Of a stretch of DNA of 64,000 bases, positions 1-7,572 are shown piece by piece. Location of the stretch: the NCBI GenBank assembly GCA_016871515.1, contig VHDE01000004.1:386-64385 (forward strand). Reading direction: 5' to 3'. The DNA is from Verrucomicrobiota bacterium. Lineage in GTDB: Bacteria > Verrucomicrobiota > Verrucomicrobiia > Limisphaerales > SIBE01. How positions within the stretch are numbered: position 1 is the stretch's first letter; each line of letters begins with the position of its first letter. A program made the position numbers and the translations under genes. Under the pieces are notes generated by a model. The model saw nothing but the letters and a program-made list of their open reading frames with translations. It searched no databases and was not told the origin of the DNA.

Positions 1-890
1 TGGAGGCAGTTTTCAAAACTGAGATAACTGGAGAGAAAGTCGTGCATCAGCCAGCCGGTGAACCGGGGAATGATGCCGATGGCGTTGATGGCCTCTTTGC
101 CCCGGAGCAGTTGGACGCTGAAGAAGGTGAGCAGGGGCGTGCAGATCACATGCAGCCAGTGTTTGGTCTGATTGATCGGCAGACTGGTTTCATCGACGTG
201 GAGGACCGACTCGCGGGGCAAGATTTCCTTTAACCGTTCTTCAAAGCATTCTAGTGCCTGGTATTGCTCCTGGCGGGCGCTTTGCAGAGTGCCTTCGCTG
301 ACGGCATAGCCGAACATTTCCTCGCACATTTGCCGGATGCGCAGACTGGCTCCCAATTGGGCATCGTAAAAGTAGGCCAGCACTGCGCGAAAGTTCCTCC
401 CATATTGAACGGGACCTTTGACATTCTCGGGGAATGGCGAGGTGGCCAGTTGGTGGCAGCAGGGGCATTCCTTGATCTCGGCGCGATGTTCGGTGCACTC
501 CAACTGGAGGACAGGCAGGTCGAATACCTGTCGTCGCTCAAAATCGATGGCCGCTTCTTGGGAGAGGTCCTCGCCGCAGTGGCACTCCAGGAGGCAATGA
601 ATTTCGGTGTGCTGGGGCTGGTCGCTGAACTGGAGCGTGCGTCCGGGGTGACCGGGCTGACCGCCGGTTTTGCGCCCAGATTTTTCCCGCAAGCTTTGGG
701 GCTTGGGTTGTTCGGTGCGGTCGCTGGAGGGCGGACGCGAACTGTTCCGGCTATTTTGCGCGGCGGCGTCGCGCCTCCGGCGCACTTGGGTTTGCAGTTC
801 GAAGGTGTAATCAACCAAGGTGCGCGGGTCGGTCTGCTGCCAATCCCACAGCTGCTGCCAACTCTTATCGACAGAGGTGTCGGCGTGCAT
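1..890 (-). CDS. IS66-family DDE transposase (TnpC-like), first ~296 codons; 3' end lies beyond the left window edge
   Basis: Not in the ORF track because there is no stop inside the window. Manual minus-strand translation from ATG at 890-888 stays open to position 1: MHADTSVDKSWQQLWDWQQTDPRTLVDY..AAQNSRNSSRPPSSDRTEQPKPQSLREKSGRKTGGQPGHPGRTLQF..HCLLECHCGEDL..IKECPCCHQL..SVLHVDETSLPINQTKHWLHVICT..FTGWLMHDFLSSY. The NSSxPPSSD and GGQPGHPG motifs, the Cys-rich zinc finger and the VDETS/HWLHV DDE region are IS66 TnpC hallmarks. Confidence 0.85.
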   Translation of the reverse strand, partial: MHADTSVDKSWQQLWDWQQTDPRTLVDYTFELQTQVRRRRDAAAQNSRNSSRPPSSDRTEQPKPQSLREKSGRKTGGQPGHPGRTLQFSDQPQHTEIHCLLECHCGEDLSQEAAIDFERRQVFDLPVLQLECTEHRAEIKECPCCHQLATSPFPENVKGPVQYGRNFRAVLAYFYDAQLGASLRIRQMCEEMFGYAVSEGTLQSARQEQYQALECFEERLKEILPRESVLHVDETSLPINQTKHWLHVICTPLLTFFSVQLLRGKEAINAIGIIPRFTGWLMHDFLSSYLSFENCL

Positions 891-1752
891 GGGGACCTAA
901 GGGATAGAGGTAAATATCCTTCACCGGGCCATGGACCGCATTGTCCCGGTGACGCTGATTTTGGCGTGTCCGTCCGGTGGTTTGGCCAACGCATACCCAA
1001 TTGGCCGCCTGGTAACAGGCGCCCCGGAATCGGTCCCGTTGCACGAATGTTTCCAGCAAATGGATGGAGTGACGGTAGCGTTGTTGCCAGTCGGCAGCGA
1101 TCCGTCTAGCAATTCGCGAGAGAATGTGGCTGGCCAAATATCGAAGGCGCACCCAAGGCAAAATCAAAAATCGCGAGTTATTGGCGATCAATTGCACCCC
1201 TTGAGCGCGTTGCTCGCCAGTCCAACCGATCCACCGGTCACGCGGAGCGCACTGCCATGCGGCCGCGCCGAACAGCAAGCAAGCCAGATCTTCCCCGGCA
1301 CGACTGCGGATAAGATAACCAAGATTTTCGCCGACCGGTCCGCCGTAGCTCAGGTAATGGTGCTGGGCCAGATAACGCTGAAAGCGGCGATACTCAGACT
1401 CCTTGGGCAGCACCAACCGAATTTCCAACGGCAGCACCGAGGCTAACTCGCCGGTGATCGCTGCGGGAGTCAGCGCGTCGAACAGATCGGGTTCTACCCC
1501 GGCGAAGCGCTGCGCGGGCTTTCGTCGGCGCTCGGGCAGATGAATCAGTTTGCGCTGATGCAGTTTGAGCAGCAGTGTCCGAGCCGCCATGTCCTTCAGT
1601 TGGCCCGAGCTCGCATACCATTGCCATTTTTCGGCGAGCACACGAGACAACCGCCACCGGCTCCAGCGCGGATTGGCCTCGATTAATCCGCGAATTTCGG
1701 CAATCTCAACGCTGCTGATGCGGCGGCCTTGAACAATCTCGTTTTCCAGCAC
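865..1752 (-). CDS. DUF4338 domain protein (DruA-like), overlaps the IS66 transposase start by 26 nt
   Basis: 295-aa ORF. N-terminal wHTH-like region (IAEIRGLIEANPRWSRWRLSRVLAEKWQW). C-terminal core YLSYGGPVGENLGYLI..WIGWTGEQR..IANNSRFLILPWVR..LLETFV..FRGACYQAANWVCVGQTTGR matches my memory of DUF4338. Stop at 865-867; the transposase ATG is at 890. Confidence 0.7.
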   Translation of the reverse strand: MLENEIVQGRRISSVEIAEIRGLIEANPRWSRWRLSRVLAEKWQWYASSGQLKDMAARTLLLKLHQRKLIHLPERRRKPAQRFAGVEPDLFDALTPAAITGELASVLPLEIRLVLPKESEYRRFQRYLAQHHYLSYGGPVGENLGYLIRSRAGEDLACLLFGAAAWQCAPRDRWIGWTGEQRAQGVQLIANNSRFLILPWVRLRYLASHILSRIARRIAADWQQRYRHSIHLLETFVQRDRFRGACYQAANWVCVGQTTGRTRQNQRHRDNAVHGPVKDIYLYPLGPHARRHLCR

Positions 1753-1892
1753 ACCGGGAAATTACCAAGAAGACTTTTCAGAGTCCCGTACAAAATGAAA
1801 AGTTCTCAGACCTCTCCGGTGAGTAACCGTTAGTTTTGGCGCAACGGGGCTTCACGATCAGGCGCGGCCCTAGCCGATTTCGACCTGAGTAG

Positions 1893-2560
1893 TCACCAGA
1901 AATAAACAACTGCCCCGGCCACTTTCTTGCCCTCCGGATCTCTGACCTCGACCGCGAGCTGAGCTCGCTCGCGCGGCAGGGGTTGAAAGCTGAAAGCCCA
2001 GTCTTCCGAATCGGACCTCTTCATCAATTTGAACAAGCAGGAGTTAACTCCCGCGCTCGAGCTGATGGGCCGCGGAGGAGGAGGATCGCAGGCTAAGTTC
2101 TCCCAAGGTGTGCGGGAAAGGGGCCCAATTGCTTTCCGCTGAGCCAAAGGGCTGACTCAGAGAACCCGCAGTGTATCCGGACATCGGTTTCTCCCGCTTG
2201 ATCCGCGCGGAGTTCACAATAGACGTAGGCGACAGACCTTGTGTGGATGCCGAATACCCTATCAAGGCTCACCAGATCCCGCTCCGATCGAAATCGAGTC
2301 CATCGGAGAATGGTTCCGTCTTTCCGTGTCACCGCATCGCCCTCCTTGGGCCGAACGTTCGCTTCACCTCCCGCGTCCGCCAGAAAATCGGTCTCCATTT
2401 CCGGCGACGGGAACGGCCCCAGCACCAGCCATTCGCGGACGAACGAGCCATCCACGCTATGCACCGGCGCGGAGTTATCGGCCGCGTACGCGATGGTCGC
2501 CGATCCAGCCAAGAGGAATCCCAGCGCCGTCAGCGCACCGAACTTCGGCGGCAGAGCTTG
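1893..2560 (-). pseudogene. Secreted jelly-roll/LamG-like hypothetical protein, split by a frameshift near 2125-2147
   Basis: ORF 2093..2695 carries a signal-like KFGALTALGFLLAGSATIAYA, then VREWLVLGPFP..VRIHCGFSESALWLSGKQ. ORF 1893..2147 in another frame continues with GVNSCLFKLMKRSDSEDWAFSF..VYFW. No canonical start codon sits just upstream of the signal peptide. Confidence 0.4.
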
Positions 2561-2810
2561 TGGGAACTGGTCGATGGCGGGACGCGTCCCAATACCAAAG
2601 TGCCGCGAAATGGTCTGGCAGATTCTGCCAGCGGTGCGTGGTGGCGCGCTGTGTTGGATACGGTTCAAGAGCGGCTCAGATTCAAGCAGGATCACTCCGA
2701 GAATGCAATCGCTTCACCCTCGCACGGCCAGGCAGCAATCATTTTGGGAGGGTGAGGCTCCGAACGAACCCTGATGTCCGCCTCCCCCTGTGAGGCACGA
2801 GCGGGGAGAG

Positions 2811-2968
2811 GCTTCTCCGAAACAAAGTTTCGCGCGTTGCGCCCATGAACCTGACGTTGCGGCATGTAGTCCCGGCTTTAGCCGGAGCGATTGCAACCCG
2901 CAAAAGCTGTTTCGCTACCAGCAAATGCTGCCGCCTAAAGGCGGGACTACAGACCGGGAGGTTCATGG
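2811..2968. repeat. Family A palindromic repeat, full copy A1
   Basis: CTTCTCCGAAACAAAGTTTCGCGCG..CCCATGAACC..GCATGTAGTCCCGGCTTTAGCCGGAGCGATTGCAACCCGCAAAAGCTGTTTCGCTACCAGCAAATGCTGCCGCCTAAAGGCGGGACTACAG..GGTTCATGG. Near-identical inverted copy at 43665..43833. Confidence 0.9.
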
Positions 2969-3178
2969 AGAGGACTGAGGAGAGGGGAGCTTCAAATCAA
3001 GCTCCTCCCCGGCCCTCTGCTCCTCCGGTGTCGGAAGAGAGGGAGCAGCGACTGAGCAGCGCCTCTTGCATGCGATTTGAAAATGTAGAAACCATGGTCA
3101 CGGCTTGCGTGAACCTGCCGTCGCGTATCTCCGAGCGGTTTCGATTACTAAACATAACGTCATTATTTTTTGCTGGTC

Positions 3179-3342
3179 ATGTCAGAGTTGATCTTTCTGA
3201 ACGGCTGCAGCCTGGAGACGCCGGAGTGAAAGATCAGTTCGAGGTCTGGCGTTTTGACTTTCCCGGCAAGGGCGAACATCCTGTTGTCCTGATTTCTTCT
3301 TCTGCGCTGGTTTGCATCGAAAGCACGAAGGAAACCTCTTGA
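3179..3342 (+). pseudogene. Possible relic of a MazF/PemK-like toxin (frameshifted, truncated)
   Basis: ATG at 3179 gives MSELIFLNGCSLETPE*. The adjacent frame reads VKDQFEVWRFDFPGKGEHPVVLISS, resembling the G-x-(I/V)-W-x-x-D-F..RP-x-(V/L)-(V/L)-S N-terminus of PemK/MazF toxins. Weak evidence. Confidence 0.25.
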
Positions 3343-3372
3343 GAGCGTGCCACCAAAAGACTATGGTGAGGC

Positions 3373-3579
3373 ATGCGAACCTTCAATGGCCACTTTGATG
3401 GCAAGGTTATTGTTTTGGATGAACCGACGGATTTGGAACCGAATACGAGAGTCACGGTCATAGCGCCTGCTGGCGGAGAGGATGAACAGGCACTAGTGAC
3501 TGACTTCACCTGGGCTTCGCAGTCCACCTTTCAGAAAATCTGGGATAATTCACTCGATGCCGACTACCACCGCCTATGA
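3373..3579 (+). CDS. Putative type II antitoxin (small beta-rich SpoVT/AbrB- or DUF104-like) paired with the MazF-like toxin
   Basis: 68 aa, MRTFNGHFDGKVIVLDEPTDLEPNTRVTVIA. Overlaps the downstream toxin gene by 23 nt. Confidence 0.5.
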   Translation: MRTFNGHFDGKVIVLDEPTDLEPNTRVTVIAPAGGEDEQALVTDFTWASQSTFQKIWDNSLDADYHRL

Positions 3580-3895
3580 TCGCGGCGCGGTGGTGCTGCT
3601 TCCATTTCCATTTTCCGACCAATCATCGCCAAAAGTACGGCCGGCGATTGTTGCCAGCCCAGCGTATCCTTCCGACGATTTGCTGGTTGTCGCAGTGAGT
3701 TCCGTTGCAGGAATACTTCGTCCCGGCGAATTCTCCATTCAGGTCTGGCGGGAGGCTGGCCTGATTCATCCTTCGTTTGTCAAACGCGCGATCGCATCGG
3801 TCTCCGCAAGTTTGATCCGAAAACACCTTGGCCGCCTGCGAGAAGATGATCTCTACCCACTCGACGATAGTCTCCGTCTTTGGTTGGGACTGTAA
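3557..3895 (+). CDS. PemK/MazF-family type II toxin
   Basis: 112 aa; YDRGAVVLLPFPFSDQSSPKVRPAIVAS..LLVVAVSS is the typical PemK N-terminal pattern. Confidence 0.8.
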   Translation: MPTTTAYDRGAVVLLPFPFSDQSSPKVRPAIVASPAYPSDDLLVVAVSSVAGILRPGEFSIQVWREAGLIHPSFVKRAIASVSASLIRKHLGRLREDDLYPLDDSLRLWLGL

Positions 3896-3944
3896 TCAAG
3901 TTTCGTTTTTGGGCTGAAGGCCGCGCTCCGAGTTTCGATTCGAT

Positions 3945-4575
3945 ATGAAAATCCTGTTGATCGATGACGAGCTGTCGATGCTGGAGTTCCTGGCGAAAAC
4001 GTTTCGCGAGGACGGCTACGCCGTGGATACTTCGTCCGATGGCGAGGACGGCTTGTACAAAGCGCAGAACTGGGATTACGACGCCATCGTGCTGGACGTC
4101 CTGATGCCGCGCCTGAACGGCTGGGAAGTGTTGAAGCGGTTGCGCCAAACCAAAAAGACTCCAGTGCTCATGCTCACCTCGCGCGACGGGACCCCCGAGA
4201 GAGTCCGCGGCCTGGACAACGGGGCGGACGACTATGTGGGCAAGCCATTCGAGGCGCCGGAACTGCTGGCGCGGTTGCGCGCTCTGATCCGCCGAACCTC
4301 CAATCACGCTCAGCCGCGCATCGAGCTGAGCGATGTGGTGATCGACCTGACGACTCGGACGGTGACGCGCGCGGGCGAACCGGTCGAGTTCCGTCCGCGT
4401 GAATATGCCATCCTCGAATACCTCGCTTTGCACCGGGGGAAGACCATCAGCCGGACCGAACTCTACGAGCACTTGTGCGACGAGAACGATGACACGCTCT
4501 CGAACGCCATCGACGTGCACATCGGGAGGCCTGATCGAGACCCAGCACAGCCGCGGCTACTGCATTCCTGTTTAA
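3945..4575 (+). pseudogene. OmpR/PhoB-family response regulator with a disrupted C-terminal wHTH
   Basis: REC domain: MKILLIDDE..DAIVLDVLMPRLNGWEVL..VLMLTSRD..GADDYVGKPF. wHTH: PREYAILEYLALHRGKTISRTELYEHL..SNAIDVHIG. After DVHIGR the tracked frame becomes nonsense up to 4679. The +1 frame reads GLIETQHSRGYCIPV* (stop at 4573-4575), the expected family C-terminus. The RLRxK segment is missing. Confidence 0.65.
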
Positions 4576-4697
4576 GATGGGGATTGATGGGATTCACTTT
4601 CGTTGCATCCCTTGCTTCAGACCTGAGTAGTGAAGCGGATTTAAGGGGGCCGTACAGGATCGCTTGTTATTTCATTTAAAAGTGACAGATTGGCGGC

Positions 4698-4898
4698 ATG
4701 GAAATCGTTTTTAGCGTTACGCAAGAAGCCGATGGCGGGTTTGTAGCCGAGTGTTTGTCACACGACATCTTCACGCAGGGCGATACCTGGGAACAGTTAC
4801 GTAAGAACGTGCAGGAGGCCGTTTCTGCCTATTTCTTCGAGCAATCCAAGCCTGCCCGCGTGCGTCTCCATCTGGTGCGGGATGAACTGCTGGCCTGA
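4698..4898 (+). CDS. hicB: HicB-like antitoxin (UPF0150-type)
   Basis: 66 aa, MEIVFSVTQEADGGFVAECLSHDIFTQGDTWEQLRKNVQEAV. Located 2 nt upstream of the hicA-like gene. Confidence 0.7.
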   Translation: MEIVFSVTQEADGGFVAECLSHDIFTQGDTWEQLRKNVQEAVSAYFFEQSKPARVRLHLVRDELLA

Positions 4899-4900
4899 AC

Positions 4901-5137
4901 ATGAAATTGCCGCGTGACCTAAGCGGAGATGAACTAATCAAGCTTCTTTGTAAACATCACGGATATGTTCGCGTGAATCAAGAAGGCAGCCACGTTATGC
5001 TCCAGACTGAATCGCCACAACATCACCGAATCGCGATTCCTGATCATAACCCTCTCCGTCTGGGCACTCTTAACGCGATCTTGAACTCTGTGGCTCGTGC
5101 AAAAGGAATTAGCAAAGACGAAATTCTGAGGCCTTGA
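4901..5137 (+). CDS. hicA: HicA-family mRNA interferase toxin
   Basis: 78 aa, LSGDELIKLLCKHHGYVRVNQEGSHVMLQ..IPDHNPLRLGTLNAILNSVA (YcfA/HicA pattern with GSH). Confidence 0.85.
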   Translation: MKLPRDLSGDELIKLLCKHHGYVRVNQEGSHVMLQTESPQHHRIAIPDHNPLRLGTLNAILNSVARAKGISKDEILRP

Positions 5138-5160
5138 GCGCAGCGAGCGGACAGTGTTCC

Positions 5161-7240
5161 TCACCGGCGCGGTTGAAATCGCTCCTGGAGCGCATTCTGC
5201 ACTTGGGTGAAGGCTTGTTGCAGTTCCTCGACCAGACGCGCGACGCGCGCCGCTCGACAGATCGCCGGAGCGCGCGGCATTCTCCAGTTCTTGCGCGGGC
5301 CGAACCAGGGCGCGGATGCCAAAATTGGCGCTCGTCCCTTGGCAGCCATGAGCCAGGATTTCCAACTCCGAAGCGTCGCCTGCTTCTAACGCCGCGCGCA
5401 TGGCATCGATTCGCTCCGCGGTCCTTCGACAGTGTTTCTCCAGGAATTCGCGCAGCACGGCATCCTCCGTGCCGAGCATCCGCTCCAGCCTCACCCACGC
5501 AATCGGCGCCTCATCCAGCCGTGGGCTGCGACGTTCGGAAGCTCGCTTGCCTGCTTCTTCCAACACTCTCCGAATCCCCGCAATCTCCACCGGTTTCGGA
5601 ACATAATCATCCATCCCCGCTTCGAGGCAGGTCTCGCGGTCGTCGTGCTCGATACTGGCCGTCATCGCCACCAACCACGGCCGTTCCGAATCGCTCCAGC
5701 GCTCGCGAATGCGCCGGGCGGCTTCCAACCCGTCCAACTCCGGCATGTGCACATCCAGAAAGACCAGATCGAACCGCTGCCGTTCCAGCGCTTGGATCAC
5801 TTCGAGGCCGTTGGCGGCGCCTTCACAGGAGTACCCAAACCCTTGCAGAATCCGCGCGCCGAGTTCTCGATTCTCCGGGTAATCATCCGCCAGCAAGGTG
5901 CGTAACGGAGAGCGCGCGGCCAAACCAGGATCGAGTTCCGCTCCGGCGTCGGCAACGCTGGTAGGGATGGTGCGCTGCGCCGTCCGCGCCGCGTCCAGCG
6001 GCGCAACCGTGGTGCCTGGCGATTCGTATTGGCCGAAAGCAGTTCCGCCCGCTGCGGCGCGGGCGGGGACATCGCAGCGCGATGTCCCTACCTCGTTTGC
6101 CGCGTCCTCGCACGTGACGCCCAAATGTTTCTCCAGGCATTCACGGATTTGCTCGAAACGGTAGGGCTTGGGCACGAACCCGTCGAAACCTGCTTCCGCA
6201 TACGCTTCCTGCTCGTGCTTGAGCACGGAAGCGGAGATCGCCACCAGTTTCGCGCGATTGGGCCCGCCCTCGGCCAACACCCGCTGAACGACCTGGTAAC
6301 CTGTCATCCCAGGCATCCGGATATCGAGAAACGCGATGTCGTAGGGCTGGGAACTCAGTTCGCGGAAGGCCTCTTCGCCGTCTTCCACGGCCGTGGCGTT
6401 CACTCCCAAGGCGCGCAAAACGCGGCGCAGAATGTCTCGGTTCTCCGCAACGTCATCCGCAACCAAGGCCCGGACACGGGTCCCCGCCCGCACTCGCCGG
6501 GCCGGTTTGTGGCGCATCGCCTCACTTTCGCGCTCTTGGGCCAAAGCAGGCGCAAAGCGCAGGGAAAAGTAAAACCGCGAACCTCGTCCCGGTTCGGACT
6601 CCAAACGAAGTTCTCCGCCCATCAGTTCAATCTGGCGGCGAGCGATGGCCAGACCGAGCCCCGTTCCCCCGTGCTGGCGTCCTTCCTCTCCTTGAGTGAA
6701 CGGCTCGAAAGTCTTGTCGCGCAGGTCCGCCGGGATGCCAGGGCCGGTGTCGATGACTTCGAAGGTGAAGCTTGTAGTCCCGGCTTCAGCCGGAGCGATG
6801 TCAGTCCGCTTGATCATTTCACTTATTGCTGTTGCAGGCAGGAGGTGTGTGGCTGCGCTGCCGCCTGAAGGCGGGACTACATGCCTTTTCACGAGCAAGG
6901 CGACATCGCCGGCATCGGTGAATTTCACGGCGTTACCCAGCAAGTTGATCAGCACCTGGCGCAGCTTCACTTCGTCGCCGTGCACCGGAATGGGATTTAA
7001 CCACAGAGAACGCGGAGAGCATTGAGAAGGTTCGGAAGAGCTGACCACGGATGACACGGATGGAGACGGATCAGAAGCGGTTCCAGCGCCTCCTTTATCC
7101 ACAACAAGCTGAGAGACGGCGGGAATTCCGCGCAGAGAAAACTCTCGTGCGAAGCACTTCTGATAGATGCTATCGAGCAGTCCTGCTCCTTTCAAGCGGT
7201 GAACTTCAATGCAAAGGCGCCGATAACTTTCGAAGACCAT
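5161..7240 (-). pseudogene. Hybrid histidine kinase remnant (partial HATPase_c - REC - REC - Hpt) fused at its 5' end to a GxxExxY-family gene fragment; frameshift in Hpt
   Basis: HATPase: VHGDEVKLRQVLINLLGNAVKFT..FEVIDTGPGIP..GGTGLGLAIARRQIELMGG. REC1: ALVADDVAENR..FLDIRMPGMTG. REC2: LLADDYPENR..FLDVHMPELDG..YVPKP. Hpt: LAHGCQGTSANFG. There is no HisKA domain or sensor. The first 47 codons (CIEVHRLKGAGLLDSIYQKCFAREFSLRGIP) look like a GxxExxY protein. The natural C-terminus LVEELQQAFTQVQNALQERFQPRR* sits in another frame and ends at 5161. The tracked ORF instead runs to 4934, antisense to hicA. Confidence 0.8.
6774..6883. repeat. Family A arms-only copy (A3) embedded in the HATPase_c coding sequence
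   Basis: GTAGTCCCGGCTTCAGCCGGAGCGAT...GCTGCCGCCTGAAGGCGGGACTACATG. Translated in frame as ..KRHVVPPSGGSAATHLLPATAISEMIKRTDIAPAEAGTTSF.. Confidence 0.85.
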
Positions 7241-7302
7241 TGATCCGCTTTACAGTAGGTCGGATGCACACGTTCCTCCTTTGGTTAATGCGGCATCTTG
7301 CT

Positions 7303-7378
7303 TAACACAAAGCTCGCGAAGGCCGCAAAGAGTTCTTGAGATTTTCTAATCTTTGCGCCCTTTGCGAGCTTCTGTTCA
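7303..7378. repeat. Hairpin of the cassette-flank type next to the GxxExxY fragment
   Basis: ACAAAGCTCGCGAAGGCCGCAAAGAG - 18 nt - CTTTGCGCCCTTTGCGAGCTTCTGT (imperfect inverted repeat). Related flank-like sequence at 7011-7090 (CTCTGTGG / ATCCGTGTCATCCGTGG motifs). Confidence 0.7.
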
Positions 7379-7572
7379 GACGAAGCAATGACCTTCACTT
7401 CGCCGGCATACAGCGTGCCGGCCACTCGAAGGATTTGGACCGTGGCAGGCTCGTCGGCTTTGTTAAAGGCGAGACCGTCTCCGGCAATGAGCGTGACGTA
7501 CTTGTGGGCGAAACGACAGCCAGACTAGCGATTATTCCTACACTGACAATACCCTGCTTGAGGAGGGATAAG

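Larger units (their letters stand above)
1..1752 (-). mobile_element. IS66-family insertion sequence (partial). Minimum extent shown. The outer end should lie in 1753-1892, but I could not identify the terminal inverted repeat.
   Basis: Coupled DUF4338 ORF plus IS66 transposase. The neighbouring gene (1893..2560) is frameshifted. Confidence 0.6.

Noticed and set aside
251-1109. Track ORFs 264..1109 (+, 281 aa) and 251..1000 (-, 249 aa)
   Set aside because: Low-complexity Ala/Gly/Pro/Arg-rich shadow frames over the IS66 transposase and DUF4338 genes. The third minus frame gives a clean IS66 TnpC sequence.
4934-5160. 3' extension of the 768-aa kinase ORF running antisense through hicA
   Set aside because: An artefact of the frameshift near 5250-5262. 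The family-typical Hpt C-terminus ends at 5161 in another frame, and hicA on the + strand is well supported.
7385-7520. Start-less minus-strand reading frame ..FAHKYVTLIAGDGLAFNKADEPATVQILRVAGTLYAGEVKVIA
   Set aside because: It looks protein-like, but it has no start codon, is only ~45 codons outside repeat sequence, and I cannot place it in a family. It is possibly a gene relic but is not supportable as a feature.
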